NCBI GenBank assembly: GCA_903813345.2
Contig: CAIIXF020000001.1
Coordinates: 30,318,001-30,382,000 of the forward strand
Direction of reading: 5' to 3'
Length of the DNA: 64,000 nucleotides
DNA from: Owenia fusiformis
Lineage: Eukaryota
Shown: positions 1 through 12,784 of the stretch, piece after piece
Layout: each line of letters opens with the position of its first letter
Numbering within the stretch: position 1 is the first letter of the stretch
Made by a program: the position numbers and the translations under genes
Notes under the pieces: model-generated
The model's input: the letters and a program-made list of their open reading frames with translations, nothing else
Database searches by the model: none
What the model was told of the DNA's origin: nothing

Positions 1-275
1 TGCTGTACCAAACTCAACAAGAAATGAAAAGGATATATTTAACTAGTCAAACCGAAAGAAAAACTATCAAATCTGATATGGAGATAAGCCTGAAAAATAA
101 AATCTTTCTCAGTTTTCATAGTTTAGCTTACACATAGAACTACAAATGTTGAACATGTATCACTTTTCATGCCTACAAAATTCTGATTCTGAACCTTTAT
201 TCAAATTATTCAGCTAGAGATAGATAGCCACGAAATAAATCAAATGTAATCATGGTTCTCATTCAATCAATTTAC

Positions 276-552
276 CTTTTATTGCACACATCACATTCAA
301 AGCGTGACCTATTATGAACAGCAGCGACATGGACACTCAGTTTATATTTCTGTGTGAAGCCCATATTGCATCCCTCATAGCTACACTCATATGGCTTTTC
401 CAGGTGCGTCTTTTCATGATCATAAAATGGACCATATTTGTCGAAAATTTTGCCACATGTTTTGCATTCATATTCCTTTTGTTCGTGTGACTTCTTGTGG
501 CGTTCAAAGTTAGACATTGATCCCTTTATTTGTTTACCACATATTTCACACT
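276..552 (-). CDS. Gene A coding exon 10: three C2H2 fingers plus the start of another
   Basis: CEIC, CKTC, CSYEGC, CDVC; donor GTAAAT 275 (phase 2), so the gene continues beyond position 1. Confidence 0.9.
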
Positions 553-3500
553 CTGAAATAACAAGGAACACATTAAACACAGTGAATAATATAGCATCTA
601 AAAACTAGACAACAGCAACGCCAAAGCGTAGCAAATCCCATTGAAGAGCCATGGCTGGCATTTTCACAAACAAAGTATAGCAAAAATGGCAGCCATTTTT
701 CAAAATGGCCATCTTCTACCAAAAGTGTCATTAGACAGTGTGCCCTGCTTATATTATTCACATACCAAGTATGAACAAAATCGCTCCACTACTTTTCAAG
801 TTATAGTAAAACACGTTACAATGGTGGCCATTTTTCAAAATGGCCGCCTTCTACCAAAAGTGTCATTAGATAGTGTGCCATGTTTATAGTATTCACATAC
901 CAAATATTAACAAAATCGCTCCACTACTTTTCGAGTTATATTAAAATACATTAAAATGGTGGCCATTTTTCAAAATGGCCACCTTCTAGCAAAAGTGTCA
1001 TTAGACAGTGTGCCATGCTTATAGTATTCACATACCAAATATGAACAAAATCGCTCTGCTACTTTTCGAGTTACAGCAAAAATTGTAAAATAATGAGTAA
1101 AGGCCGCCATTTTTCAAGATGGCTGCCATGTGCTTCTTTAATATCTACATTTTGAAAATCGGCTTTCGAGTAGAACTTCTATGTGTACAAAATATGAACA
1201 AAATCGGGCCAACTATATTTGAGTTATTGCCCGGACGGATGGACAGACGGAGGCGTTCCCTATATCCCTCCAAACTTCGTTCGATGGGATAATTAATGAC
1301 CAACAATTTTAGTCAACAAATATAGCATGACTCTATGAATCATAGTGAGTCTCTATGAGCTATAGAAAGGTTGTATGAGAGATACAGAGAGGCTCCTGTA
1401 AAAGGAGCACAAATAAGACCAAACAAAATATTCTTTGGGATTGCTCAGGAGGTCTGATGACTTACCATGAATCTGTTCACCAGGAAAGTGGATGGAACAT
1501 GATGGGTATGTGTGTGATTCACTCGAGACACATGGACAGTAATCAGGTACATCTGGATGAGAACATTTTGACAATGATATATGGTTTATACAATGTACAA
1601 TGCAATCCATCATTCATGCAGTAATACATGATATTTATTGATTGTTTAGGCAAGCATACTTTCACTAGATATTTTTAAGGCAGAATAAGTTCAATGTTAT
1701 CTTTATTTTCAAAAGTACAATCATGTTCAATATTAGAGAGATGTTGCTCATACTTGAAACCATAACTTATTTTCATGCGTGTCGCTATAAGTTATAAGTA
1801 TAGCACAACATGTAAATTGAAGTTTTGTGTTTTGGAAAAATATGTACTTTACTACTTATGCGTATAGAAATATATATTTCACCATTCAATTTTAATGTTC
1901 TTTCACCTAGAATGAATCGTTTTCTCCTCAAAATTCCTTGTTCATAAGGTGGATTAGATAGTTGTAATATGACTTCATGCCAGAAATCATAATGATTCCC
2001 TACCATATAACTATAACTAGGTGTAAAGGAGACAAGTATTTATTCACTCTTAAACAACATTTTATTGTTGTATATATAAATATTGTTCCGTATTTAAAAT
2101 GGATAGAGCTGCGTGACAAGTGATGACATAGTACACACACTTTATAAGTAATAAGCATAAGGGATTTATGAACACACGGTTGCGGAATCTCTCTATTACC
2201 TTTTCAAATGAAAGCACCTCTTTGTTTCATATTCAATATTACCTTTATGCTCGATGTCACCAATATGTTGAAGTTTCATTAATATTACCTTTATGTTGTT
2301 CCCTGAGATGTTTCCTAAGTCGTGCGGGTCTGGTGAAGCACTGCTCACATATCGTGCACTTCAAATTCATCTTATGTAGCCTCCTGTGTTCATTCAACTG
2401 ATCCACTCTTGAGAATAACTGCCCACAATCCTCACATGTACGCTTGTCTTTATCTACATGGTATCTCATATGACGTTGTAGGGATCCTCTCTCTGGGAAG
2501 ACTACCTGGCACATTTGGCAGGTCAGGAAAGGATCAGAACCCTCAGAAGCTGAAACAAACATGTTTTCATAATACACCAGACACAGCAATCTGAATATTA
2601 TGGGTCTGGCAGTTTAAAAAATAAGTATGAAACAAAGATAAATTCTGAACATGATCAATAATATGACAACAAAAATACTTGTGTGTTGTCTAGCTATTGA
2701 GTGGCTTGGTGTACTATATATGGTCCTACTAGAATGTGACTACATTTTGAAAAAACATTGGGAACCACCACACTAAGACCACATTAGACTACAATTAGAC
2801 TATTAAACACAAGCCTCCTATTTTAATTTAATATATTGATGTCATTACAATCTGGGATGTGGCAGCACATTAATATTACTAACTACACATTAGTAATACA
2901 TATCAATATAGACCTGCATAATCCCTAGAAAGGAGGTTAGGGAGGGGGGCTGTTATTCCAAATAGGTCACTTTTTTCACTTGAAGTTCAATCTTTCTATT
3001 ACAAAAGTTCAACATTTTTGAATTTTAACTCCATCGGTTTAAACCACAAAGGACATTTATATTTCTATGGACTAAAATAAATGGATTGCTATTTCATTGT
3101 TCTAAATACAGAATGAAGTTTGTGCATATTCAATCACCTCAGAAATAATATAATATCATTTGAAAGCTGAAAAATGCATATACAGTCTGTACCTTGTCAC
3201 TAAGATAAAGTGGTAAAAATTAATAACATGCATTAAAATAGGTTTAAAGCACGCTTTAAAAGGGTAAAGCACGCTTTAAAAGGTTCAGTTTTTACAAAAT
3301 TCCCTGGGGTTCAAGTTTGACAAATTTGGACCAAAATCCATTGAAGTACTCTAAATGGTGAAAAACTGCATGGTTATTGGCAAGGGGACCTCCTAGCTAT
3401 GGGCCTGTACAACAGATTCACATTTAATAAAGTAGACATCTTGAATGTTGTTGGTAATTTTGGGGCTTAGTACTTCATATATTATATATTGAATTGAAAC

Positions 3501-6500
3501 TGAAATACAGTTGCCGACGAATAAATTGCCTAACAGATTTCTTTCTATTTCTACATGTACATGATATTTCTTAGAATTGATAAAGTTCCATTAAATGCCA
3601 GATCAAATTGATACAATCCAAAACTTGTAATTTATGCTGCCCATATTGCTGAGTCTAGGAAGAATGTATATGTACCTCTTTCAAATTTACAGCCCCCATC
3701 TTGTCTATGATGATACTTCAGAGCATTCGACATATCGAAATACAAGCCACACTTTTCACATTCATACCTTATACCTGAAGAAAGCAAACAATTATTGAAT
3801 GGCCCATTTGCACGCACAATTCACTCAATCATTTTGTGATGGATAAAAAGGTAAACCGATAAAAACAGTAAACAACACAAACAACTCAACATTTTAAAAT
3901 GTTTGATAATGATAGTATATTTGATAGGTAGTATTTGAAAATTGTTGTGATTGCACCAATCACACCCCCTGACTACACCAATGAACGCTATTCTCACAAT
4001 TCTTTATTTGCCCTAGTTTCCTTGATTTTTGATTACTATGGCAACCATTTCTAATAAATATTTCTGTTATGCTATATTTGAGTGTTTATATTACTTGAAT
4101 ACACTTAATCAATAGACAAACAGACAGACAGCAATTGGGTAATAAAGTGGGATATAAAATTAGCAAAAATTCAATTTTTACTGCCATAATTGACATGTTG
4201 TCCCTAATTTTGGTGAATATTCATATATGAGATGAGTAAAACAAGGGAACATAGAACAGAGGATGTGCTCGATATAGAACTCCAGTATACATAAACGTCA
4301 GCCACACAGATCACCAAATTGAGCAGTAGAGTAATAAAAAAGCTTACCAAAATGCTCTGAACGCATATGAGTAGTCAAACCAGTAATGCTGCCAAATATA
4401 AGATTGCATATGGAGCATTTCTGGACATTCTTGGGAGCACAAGGAGCTGGAGTTGGTTCAACAGAATCAGAGTTGTTATGGAGATCTGCAACCTTATCAA
4501 TCTCATCGGCTGTTTCCTCGTTAGTGTCATTAGTCTGGTTTTCATCTGAATTAAATTTTATGTATGAACAGTATACTTTACATTATGGTAGTCCCTTTAC
4601 AAGGAATGAAATAAAATGTTGCAATACAAGTGATATCAATTTCAACCCTTGTGAGGATTCCTATTTGAAATTCAGAATTATCATTGTCACCGAGATAAAA
4701 AGATTTCAGTAAACATACACAAACAAACCCCTTCGTCCATGTTTGGCCCATAATATCAAAATATCACTGTTTTATCTGAATTCAATTGATATGTAATTTT
4801 AATCTACCTTGTGGCTGATCAGGAGGTTGGTGTTCTGGTTGCGTTTGAATATGCTCCCGTTCTATGTGATTGTTAAGAGAGACAAATGACAGGAAAAGTT
4901 TCTCGCACTTGTCACAGTACAGTTGAGGTCTCTTTGTTGAGAGAATCTTTACTCCTGCAATGTATTGCTTAACATTAATACTATAGCTCATTCACATCAT
5001 AAATCGTACCACAATTTCCTCACACACTTTTTAAATGAGTGGCGTTCCCTAATAATGTAAGAAATTCACCTGGAAGAAACGTTGATGCCAGTTACAAAAC
5101 TGTTAACTAGTATCAGTCGAGAATGATAATTAATATGACCTGTTATTTTGTTATGTATAAACTCTTTTTTGTGTGTGGTAAAGTTAATATATTTTTGTAC
5201 ATTGGTTTGATCAGGAAATAAATATATGGTTAAAATAAAAAGTATTTTTACGTTACATATCAAGATCAAAGAACAGCTAAAACATGTAAATGTAGATCTA
5301 AAAATGCATACCTTGATCAAATGAGCTCAGCTTCAGTTTCGAGATCAAATTGATAACTCTCACTATCTCACACTATCCACAAGTCATGTTTTACACATTT
5401 TTGTCATTTTAAGTTTGGAAAAACTGAAAGTATTTCTATTAAAAATGGTTACCTTTGGAACATCTCAACACCAATTCATCATGTCCTATATTATCATGCC
5501 TTTATTATTTACATACCTTTACACTTTGGAATGTGGTCTTCAAGGCGCCTCCTTCTAGAGAACACCTTACCACACTTTTCACACTTGAATGTCCCTAGAT
5601 GCAGAGCCATGTGTTGTCTGTATTGGTCCAATCTACAACATGAATGAAAGTTTATGAAAGTTATGGATGATTTTTTTTGGAAGATGTTGCGAATCATGAC
5701 TCATAAAATTCAATAATCTGTAGGTTCCATTGTGCAATTCAATGTTAATCACGGTGGGTAATCCACAATATTTTCTCGTCACAGGACCTTGTTTGTTTTG
5801 AATTATGGCATAAATTCAATTCAGCTTTAAATGTTTGATCTCTTGGCGATTATGGAGCTCTGACAGCGCAGTGTGAAACAGGATACTCCAGATTAAGTAC
5901 ACTTTTGAGAAATATCCCATGAACCATGGGCTTTCAATTAGATCTAGTTGAAAGACCATGCATGAACCAAGGAAAATACACATCTTCTTTTTAACTTCTC
6001 AAATGTGTAGATATAGTAGAACTCACTGTCTCAAGATGCTTCAAGGTTCTTATAAGGGAATATGACAATGTTTCAAAGCCACATTTATTTCCTTCTGATG
6101 AAAAGATGTAGTAATTCACAAATAATCAACATAGTTCACAAGTAATTTATTATGTAAGTAGTAATCCACAAATACCCAACCATTCAGAATTTATTTTCCA
6201 GCGACACCTCAGATGTGTTTATATCACATGTATACAGTGTATAATAAAGCAAAGTCATTGATTACTTTACCTTTTAAAGAATGTATTACAGTCCTCACAA
6301 TAATATGCCTGCTTGTTACTATGTGTGTTCTTGATGTGTTCTTTCAAGTACCTGGATTGTTTGAAGCGTGATCCGCACACCTCACACGTATAATAACTCC
6401 CTGAAACCAGATGAAACATACTTAATGCTGCTATAAGTATTATACTCACATGGTGATTTCTATATAGCAGAGTCCATAATATATATCATCTCGAAATGAG

Positions 6501-8820
6501 ACTTTTGACATCAATATTGCAAATCTCAAAAACTGAGAAAATTGGGAAATGGCAATGATTGAGTATTTTATTTAAAATTGAAGGTCAAATCTCAGATTTG
6601 AGGTCAGATGTGAACTCCTGAAAAATTCTACATGATTTTAAAAAAAGTTTGGTCAATTTGAAGCAAGTTGAAATCAGTTTTGAACAAAATACTGCAATTG
6701 GCCAGGTGCCAGCCGATGAATCAGAGCAAATGAGGCTTAGGCATTACCTGGCTTCCCTGCCCCAGTTTTCAACTCTTCAAGGTCTGGGTCTTGAATTGTG
6801 CCCTCATTAGTGCCAGTCGTAGCTTCCCCTTCTTCAACACTTTCTCCTTTACTTCCCCCTTCTTTCTTTTTGTCTACCCCTTCTTCCTCAATGTCTGCAA
6901 CTGGTGTCCTTTCTTCCTCGTTACCATTTCCTTTTACCACTGGTTCTCCTGTGTTTGGAATTTTAACCTCTTGGGAATAGGCAGACACATTGATGATACT
7001 TGTTTTTTCCACATCAGAATCATCATCTGCAAAAGTATGAATAATACAAACTTGATGTACATTATGAATTTAGATGATAGAGTGCACAATTTTTGGATAA
7101 CCTTTTGACGTGACTGTAATCTTGTTTATCGTATGATCTGTAAAATGAAACCCTCTGATTGGTCAGTTCTTGTACTGTACCAATCTGTATTGCTACTGAG
7201 ATTGTCCCCGTTGATCATCTTCATAGCAATACAGAAAATATTGGCATGGAGGCGGGGAAATCTCAGTAGCAATACAGAGAATACAGAATAATTATTAGGG
7301 ATTATCTCATGAGTAAAACGTATTGGCCTAAGATCACACGATAAAAACGTTATTAAATGATTTGAAGTGCAATACAGGATATATTCTGTCTCGATAATTT
7401 CTTGAGCAGAATATATCCAGTATTGCACTTCAAATCATTCAATAACTTATTGTGTTGGGATTATCCTCAATCCTGAGTCAAATATAGTTTATTGCTCCCA
7501 CAGCCTTATATATCTCAAACATTACAAGTTTGAAATTCAAGTTTGGGATGTAATAAATTTAATACTGTTCAGAACTGATATGTATTTTTGTATTTAACTT
7601 ACCTTGCCCGACTTCAAAAATGTTATCACCATCTTCAGCCTGCAAAGTTTTGAGGTCCTCTTCCACCAATACAACTACAGGTATCTCATTAGCATTGTTA
7701 TCTTCATCCATATTACCACTTGTGTCATTATCCTGTACATTCTCATTATAGGTTTGATCATTTTGTTTGATTGAAACTTCAACAGTATTTTCATGCTGAA
7801 TGTTATTGATTAAGACTACATTATCAACTGTAGGTCTTTGTGCATTCAGAGTTTTAGTTTGGGGGTGAGATTCATGAGTATTTTTGGCACTATTGTCAGT
7901 CTCTGTAGTTCTATCACTAGTACTTTTGTCTTCTGTAGCTTTCTTTGTTCTAAAATGTCTTTGCAAGTCCTCACCAACAATGTACATATTATCCCCTGAA
8001 AATTTTGAAGGTAACTTCCTCTTCCTCTTTGGCCGACCTCCTGGAGTCACCTGAAATAATCAAACAATCATCAAACATTCATTATTAACATCCAAAAACA
8101 GTTCTTTATCTGATTTTGGAAGTGAGGGTAATCAACACACATATAAAACTTTTTGTATGGTATGTAAATACTCCAATTTTAAATACTACAATAATATACG
8201 ATACATGATATATACAGGGTGTCCCGAAAGTATGCCCCCCCACCAGGCAAACATATACCAATGTCTCCATAGTATGTGTATACATGCATCATAAATACTT
8301 TTTACCACATATATATAAAATAAAATAAGCCTTCTCTAACCTCCACTTTATCAAAGGCAGCAGTAGGTTCTACAAACTCAGGATCATCATCCTCAATCTG
8401 TTCATTATCATCAAATGTACTTTGAGCTGCCATCTTTTCTTGTTTCTCACAGAGTGCTATAACAGTTGGCATGCCAAGCAACTCTGCTGCTTGTTTAACT
8501 GTATCTATATCATCCTTATTCAATTTTGTGTCTCTGCCATAGACATAGTCTACTATAATTGACATTGTATTCATACTTATTCCTGTCCCTGAGAAATCAA
8601 GAATCCATGATGATTTTGGGTCTACAATATGATCTGGGGGTAAGGATGCACATGTATCCATGACAAGGTCACTCAGTGCACAGAATAGCAGTCTATGTGC
8701 ATGGAAGTCACTGCCATCTTGGAGATGAATCATTAAGTCACACATTATTCCATCCTCCTGCATTCTACTAAGTTTCTTCAACAAGGTACTAACAAGTTTC
8801 CCTCTTATTGCAGAACCCAT
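276..8820 (-). CDS. BTB/POZ-domain C2H2 zinc-finger protein (gene A), multi-exon, 3' end outside window
   Basis: Ten GT-AG exons with compatible phases: 8820-8341, 8050-7603, 7026-6748, 6400-6271, 5632-5517, 4954-4808, 4545-4348, 3774-3676, 2549-2289, 552-276 (811 codons in window). N-terminal BTB (CDLMIHLQDGSDFHAHRLLFCALS), acidic linker, and at least 13 C2H2/C2HC fingers. Confidence 0.9.
603..1292. mobile_element. Helentron/HINE-like non-autonomous element with 135-bp internal tandem repeats
   Basis: AACTAG start; CCATTTTTCAAAATGGCC recurs at 693, 828, 963 and (degenerate) 1107; short ACGG/ACAG-type tract; terminal hairpin tatccc..gggata. Confidence 0.7.
2289..2549 (-). CDS. Gene A coding exon 9: three C2H2 fingers
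   Basis: CQMC, CEDC and CTIC fingers; acceptor 2551-2550, donor 2288. Confidence 0.9.
3676..3774 (-). CDS. Gene A coding exon 8: atypical zinc finger
   Basis: YECEKCGLYF..LKYHH..GGC; phase 1 to 1. Confidence 0.82.
4348..4545 (-). CDS. Gene A coding exon 7: C2H2 finger (not in the ORF track)
   Basis: Hand translation DENQTND..KCSICNLIFGSITGLTTHMRSEHF; acceptor 4547-4546, donor GTAAGC 4347. Confidence 0.87.
4808..4954 (-). CDS. Gene A coding exon 6: C2H2 finger
   Basis: CDKC..HIEREH; phase 1 to 1. Confidence 0.85.
5517..5632 (-). CDS. Gene A coding exon 5: completes finger 2, then a C2HC finger
   Basis: LDQYRQHMALH..CEKCGKVF..HIPKC; donor GTATGT 5516; phase 2 to 1. Confidence 0.88.
5925..5960. 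mobile_element. P-like remnant: two 18-bp TIR ends joined, 7-bp TSD CATGAAC
   Basis: catgaac-catgggctttcaattaga-tctagttgaaagaccatg-catgaac. Confidence 0.85.
6271..6400 (-). CDS. Gene A coding exon 4: C2H2 fingers
   Basis: CEVC..H..H and CEDC; acceptor 6402-6401, donor 6270; phase 1 to 2. Confidence 0.88.
6748..7026 (-). CDS. Gene A coding exon 3: acidic linker
   Basis: Acceptor AG 7028-7027, donor GTAAT 6747; phase 1 to 1; E-rich open frame. Confidence 0.8.
7350..7445. repeat. Hairpin with about 39-bp arms in a gene A intron
   Basis: ttattaaatgatttgaagtgcaatacaggatatattctg / cagaatatatccagtattgcacttcaaatcattcaataa. Confidence 0.8.
7603..8050 (-). CDS. Gene A coding exon 2: basic GRPKRKRK (AT-hook/NLS-like) motif plus linker
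   Basis: Acceptor AG 8052-8051, donor GTAAGT 7602; phase 0 to 1. Confidence 0.85.
8341..8820 (-). CDS. Gene A coding exon 1: BTB domain
   Basis: ATG 8820-8818; acceptor ttttcag at 8829-8830; donor GTTAG at 8340 (phase 0); BTB motifs CD-x-LQDG-FHAHR-LLFCALS and IVDYVYG. Confidence 0.9.
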
Positions 8821-10367
8821 TTTCTTCTCTGAAAAATAATGAAAAACAGAAAACTCAAGTTCACATCATAGAAAATTGTTTTAGGTCTCTAAAATAAGAC
8901 ATATGCAACATGTTTCTGAGTGAGAATTTGACATCTGTCAATGAAAATTTGTTGGGACCATAGGAATAAAAATGTCAAAAATCATGTGATGTTCAGATGA
9001 TTTATCTAAAAAATGAAACAATTATGAGTCATCAATGATAGCTCAGCTAGGCTAAATTGTAAGTCTTAATAAACACAGACCGGCTCCCAAATTCTCATGT
9101 TAGGAGTCTCCCTCCAACTAAATAACAGAATGTCATACTGCCTGCCTCGATGCTTTCCTTGTGCATTTATCGATCAGTTGAATATGTCTTAGCAGGAGAA
9201 AATTTCTCAAAATTTTCGTTATAAACAAATTGTTAATTCAATTGTTGTTAAAGATTTTTCCGTTTCTCGAAAGTTAACGATTCGCGATGACGCCATGCTT
9301 TTTAAAGATTTGTTCGTTATCCATGACTGATTTTACAATAGGGTTAGAGGGCCTCGTAATATAACGATGTGGTATCTAAACAAATTATAGGTCATTAAAC
9401 ACATTTTATATGCTGATTAAACAAGATATTACTGCCTTTGTATAATATATAATACAAATATTCCGGCATTACTGCATTATTTGGCACGTTCAATGAGAAT
9501 GTTTGATGCAAATCTTTCCAAAATAAGGATGAAACTCAAGGTTTGTAAATGGGCCGGGTGTTTGTTTCACACCACACCACGCCCTTATTCTTGCTCCTAA
9601 AATTATTTTACCTGTTTCACGAGCATATTTAATTTTATGTGTACACAAATGTACGAAGCTAGATTTACATTCAGATTTTGTGCGAAAATAACTGCACAGT
9701 GGTCATTGAGTAAAACCAGAATAAAACAAAGCGGGTCACTAAGGAAATATCAAAAATAACCCACGTCATAACTAATTTGGTGCCAAATATAATGATTTGG
9801 TACAAGCTGAACGAGCCCGATAACGAGATGGTTCGAGAAATGGAATTTGCAGATTTCGTTTATCAAGTCGTTAATTTCACGATTCGCTATTAACGATTCG
9901 TTAATAACAAAACGTTTATATGCATCAATATCGATGAAAATAACCACTTCCCATTTATTTGTGCAGTCTGCCATTTTGTCGACGTGTGGGGTAATGTCGA
10001 CATGAGAAATGGGGTAACATCGACACTTACTAATTAGAAGTAGAAATTGCGTTTTCCGTTTATGTTTGATTTCTTGAAAAATTAAAATCTCGCAAAATCT
10101 CAATCCATGCAAGAAAAAGAACTTGGCTTCCCCATAGATCAGAAATTAGAGCAAATAAACAACAAGGTGGCAAAGTTCCCCCTTATGTCCAAGTTACCCC
10201 AAAATAGTGTCAACGTTATACTCCCTATATGCACATGTGTAAACCTTGTCGTGGGCAACACAATATGTCAGATAAGAAATACGGCCAAGAGACTAGGTTT
10301 AACAATGGGTTAAAGTACAAGACTCTAATCGCCCCTTAAAATACACATATCGCATGCTTAGTCTATT

Positions 10368-10393
10368 CATGGGCTTTCAACTTTCAGTCCATG
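10368..10393. mobile_element. P-like remnant, 7-bp TSD GTCTATT
   Basis: gtctatt-catgggctttcaactttcagtccatg-gtctatt. Confidence 0.8.
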
Positions 10394-10555
10394 GTCTATT
10401 GAAAACCATACAGTGTAGTCAAACATAAGATAAACAAATCAAGCAATGGGCGATAATAGAGTAATCTAGACCTAACATTCTTATTCAACCGATTCCCTCA
10501 CGAACAAACGGAATACTTTTTCAAATCAAAGGGAAATTTAAAGTGAAATACATAC

Positions 10556-10690
10556 CTGGACTGAATTTTGAGAGTTTATCGTCAATAATAACACTAATAT
10601 GGTGAAACTTTATGAAAACATCCTCCGAATTTTCAAATCTATTTTAGGTAACACTCCACTAAATTAAACCGCTTCACTTGTTCACGCCTC
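10556..10690 (-). promoter_or_regulatory. Candidate non-coding first exon of gene A
   Basis: Minus-strand CAG/GTATGT donor at 10555; the ATG exon has an acceptor at 8829; the upstream boundary is a guess. Confidence 0.3.
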
Positions 10691-11039
10691 ATTCTCGAAT
10701 CTACATCTACATCAATAATCCGCAAAAGGCTAATAAGCCCATCTAAAGCAGATATATAACTTAACAGTGATAAAATTTGAATATAATACAATTTGAACCT
10801 TAACATTTAAAAATAGATCTATGGTTTACAACTCATTTTAAAATGTACACTGACACACCCGGTGGTCGTACAAAATGGATGGAGGGGAAGATTAGGCGAT
10901 TTCTGCAAGAAAACTCAACAAATTTGGAAGATTTAATTATTCAAGAAAAAATTTACAACTGAATTGTCAAATGAATAGGTGCAGTGCATGGCAAAATATG
11001 TTAGGTCATCTAGTATTTTTTTGAACTGATACCCTTCTA

Positions 11040-11682
11040 AGATATGTGATCTATTAGAAAAGGCGCATCATCACCAACGTGCAAAAGTCAATGTTTTTGC
11101 TATAAATCAGGCAACAATGGTCTACACAACCTGTAATATTTAGGTATAAGGGACGTTATTATCACAATACTAATGACATTGCTCACTTTTTAAAGTTAGT
11201 TTCCATGCGTTATTCAAAAAATAATCAAAATAAATTAATATTGGATGGAGGGGGGGGGATCACGGGTATGTAAGACATGATAAGACATGCTACTTGAATT
11301 TATTCTTATGACTCCAAATTTTTCCATTTTTCATTCTCCAGAGATATAATATCCAGTTTCTTACTGGGGTACTGAGTTTAGTTTTTTCAAATACACGAGT
11401 TCTTGTGAATTTGTTCCATCGTAAAGACATATAAATCCCCCCCTCCATCCACTCCCCCCCCTCCATCCAATATTAATTTATTTCGATTATTTTTTGTATA
11501 ACGCATGGAAACTAACTTTAAAAAGTGAGCAATGTCATTAGTATTGTGATAATAATGTCCCTTATACCTATTTATTACTAGTTTATTACAGGTTGTGTAG
11601 ACCATTGTTGCCCGATTTATAGCAAAAACATTGACTTTTGCACATTAGTGATGATGCGCTATTTTTAATAGATCTCATATCT
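11040..11682. mobile_element. Foldback MITE with about 220-bp inverted arms
   Basis: 11040-11258 is the reverse complement of about 11448-11682; possible TA TSD. Confidence 0.8.
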
Positions 11683-11685
11683 TAG

Positions 11686-12250
11686 TAATGGCTGCTAAGT
11701 TGTGAGTTCCTTTGTAGAAGAGGGAAAGTCTAGAAGCCTCCCAACGGGATTGTAGTGATTCCCACTGCAGGTGTTGGAGAGCTTGGGTGACACAGCCTGG
11801 TTCCCTAGAGTGACATTTGGTGACAAATCTGGCTGCTCTCCTTTGTACCTGTTCCAGCATGTTGATATCCTTCTGACGGTAAGGATCCCATGCTGCACTA
11901 GCATATTCTAGGTTTGGCCGTACTAGTGACTTGTATGATTGGGCTTTAATGTTCTCTGGGCACTGGTGGAGGTTGCGCCGGAGGAAGCCTAGTACCTTGT
12001 TAGATTACGATATTACTGTTTGTATGTGTGTGGTCCAGTTTAGGTTGTTTGTGATTTCAATCCCTAGATACGGAATGTGGGTCACAGATTTTAATTCTTC
12101 TCCTAACATAGTGTACTTGTGTGTGATGGGTGATTTACGTCTGTGAATACTCAGTACATAGCATTTTGAGGGATGGGATTTCATTTGCCATGTATTTGCC
12201 CAGGAGACCAGTTTGTCAAGGTCATCCTGTGGTGTCAATGCATCCTGTTG
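11686..12250 (-). pseudogene. Decayed non-LTR retrotransposon RT C-terminal fragment (CR1-group-like LINE)
   Basis: QDDLDKLVSWANTWQMK.HPSKC, PYLGIEIT, LVRPNLEYAS.AWDP, LEQVQRRAARFV spread over frameshifted frames. Confidence 0.85.
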
Positions 12251-12784
12251 GTTCTAGTGTGAAAAAGTGACGACTGACTCTGTTGAATTGTGAATTTCGT
12301 AGTTACGACATCTTTCAACATCAGTTCAAGGGTTTGTTTGACACATGGGGCTCAGTATGTGTACCAAACGAATCGAAATAATTTCGACATTCTAATCTGG
12401 GAGCCAATCCTTGACAGGTTGTTTAATTTTGTGGAGTGATACCTAAAGTTGGCAGCTGCAGAAATTCAAAATATTGACGAACACTTCAACAAGTATCATC
12501 GTATCTCGTGTTAGTAAGGACGATGAAGGCTTAGTCCAGGATACGTACGTGTTTTTTCCTAAATTTAAGTAAGATTTTGATGTGTAATTTTTGCTTGTCA
12601 ATGAGTAAATCATCTGAATGAGCCATAAACCTCTATTATCGCCCATACGATGACCCCATAAATGTGATGGTTGGTTTCTTTTTGCACAATATACAGTGTT
12701 TACTCGAGTCTCTAGCCAATTCTTGGCTAGAAGTAATTTCATCTGGAATACTGTGAACTCCATTTGAAAAAGACTGGCCGGCCT

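Noticed and set aside
641..889. ORF with an internal peptide repeat
   Set aside because: Artefact of the 135-bp (45-codon) tandem unit of an intronic repeat
9070..10035. Possible old inverted-repeat element upstream of gene A
   Set aside because: Only short degenerate inverted matches; ends and TSD cannot be defined
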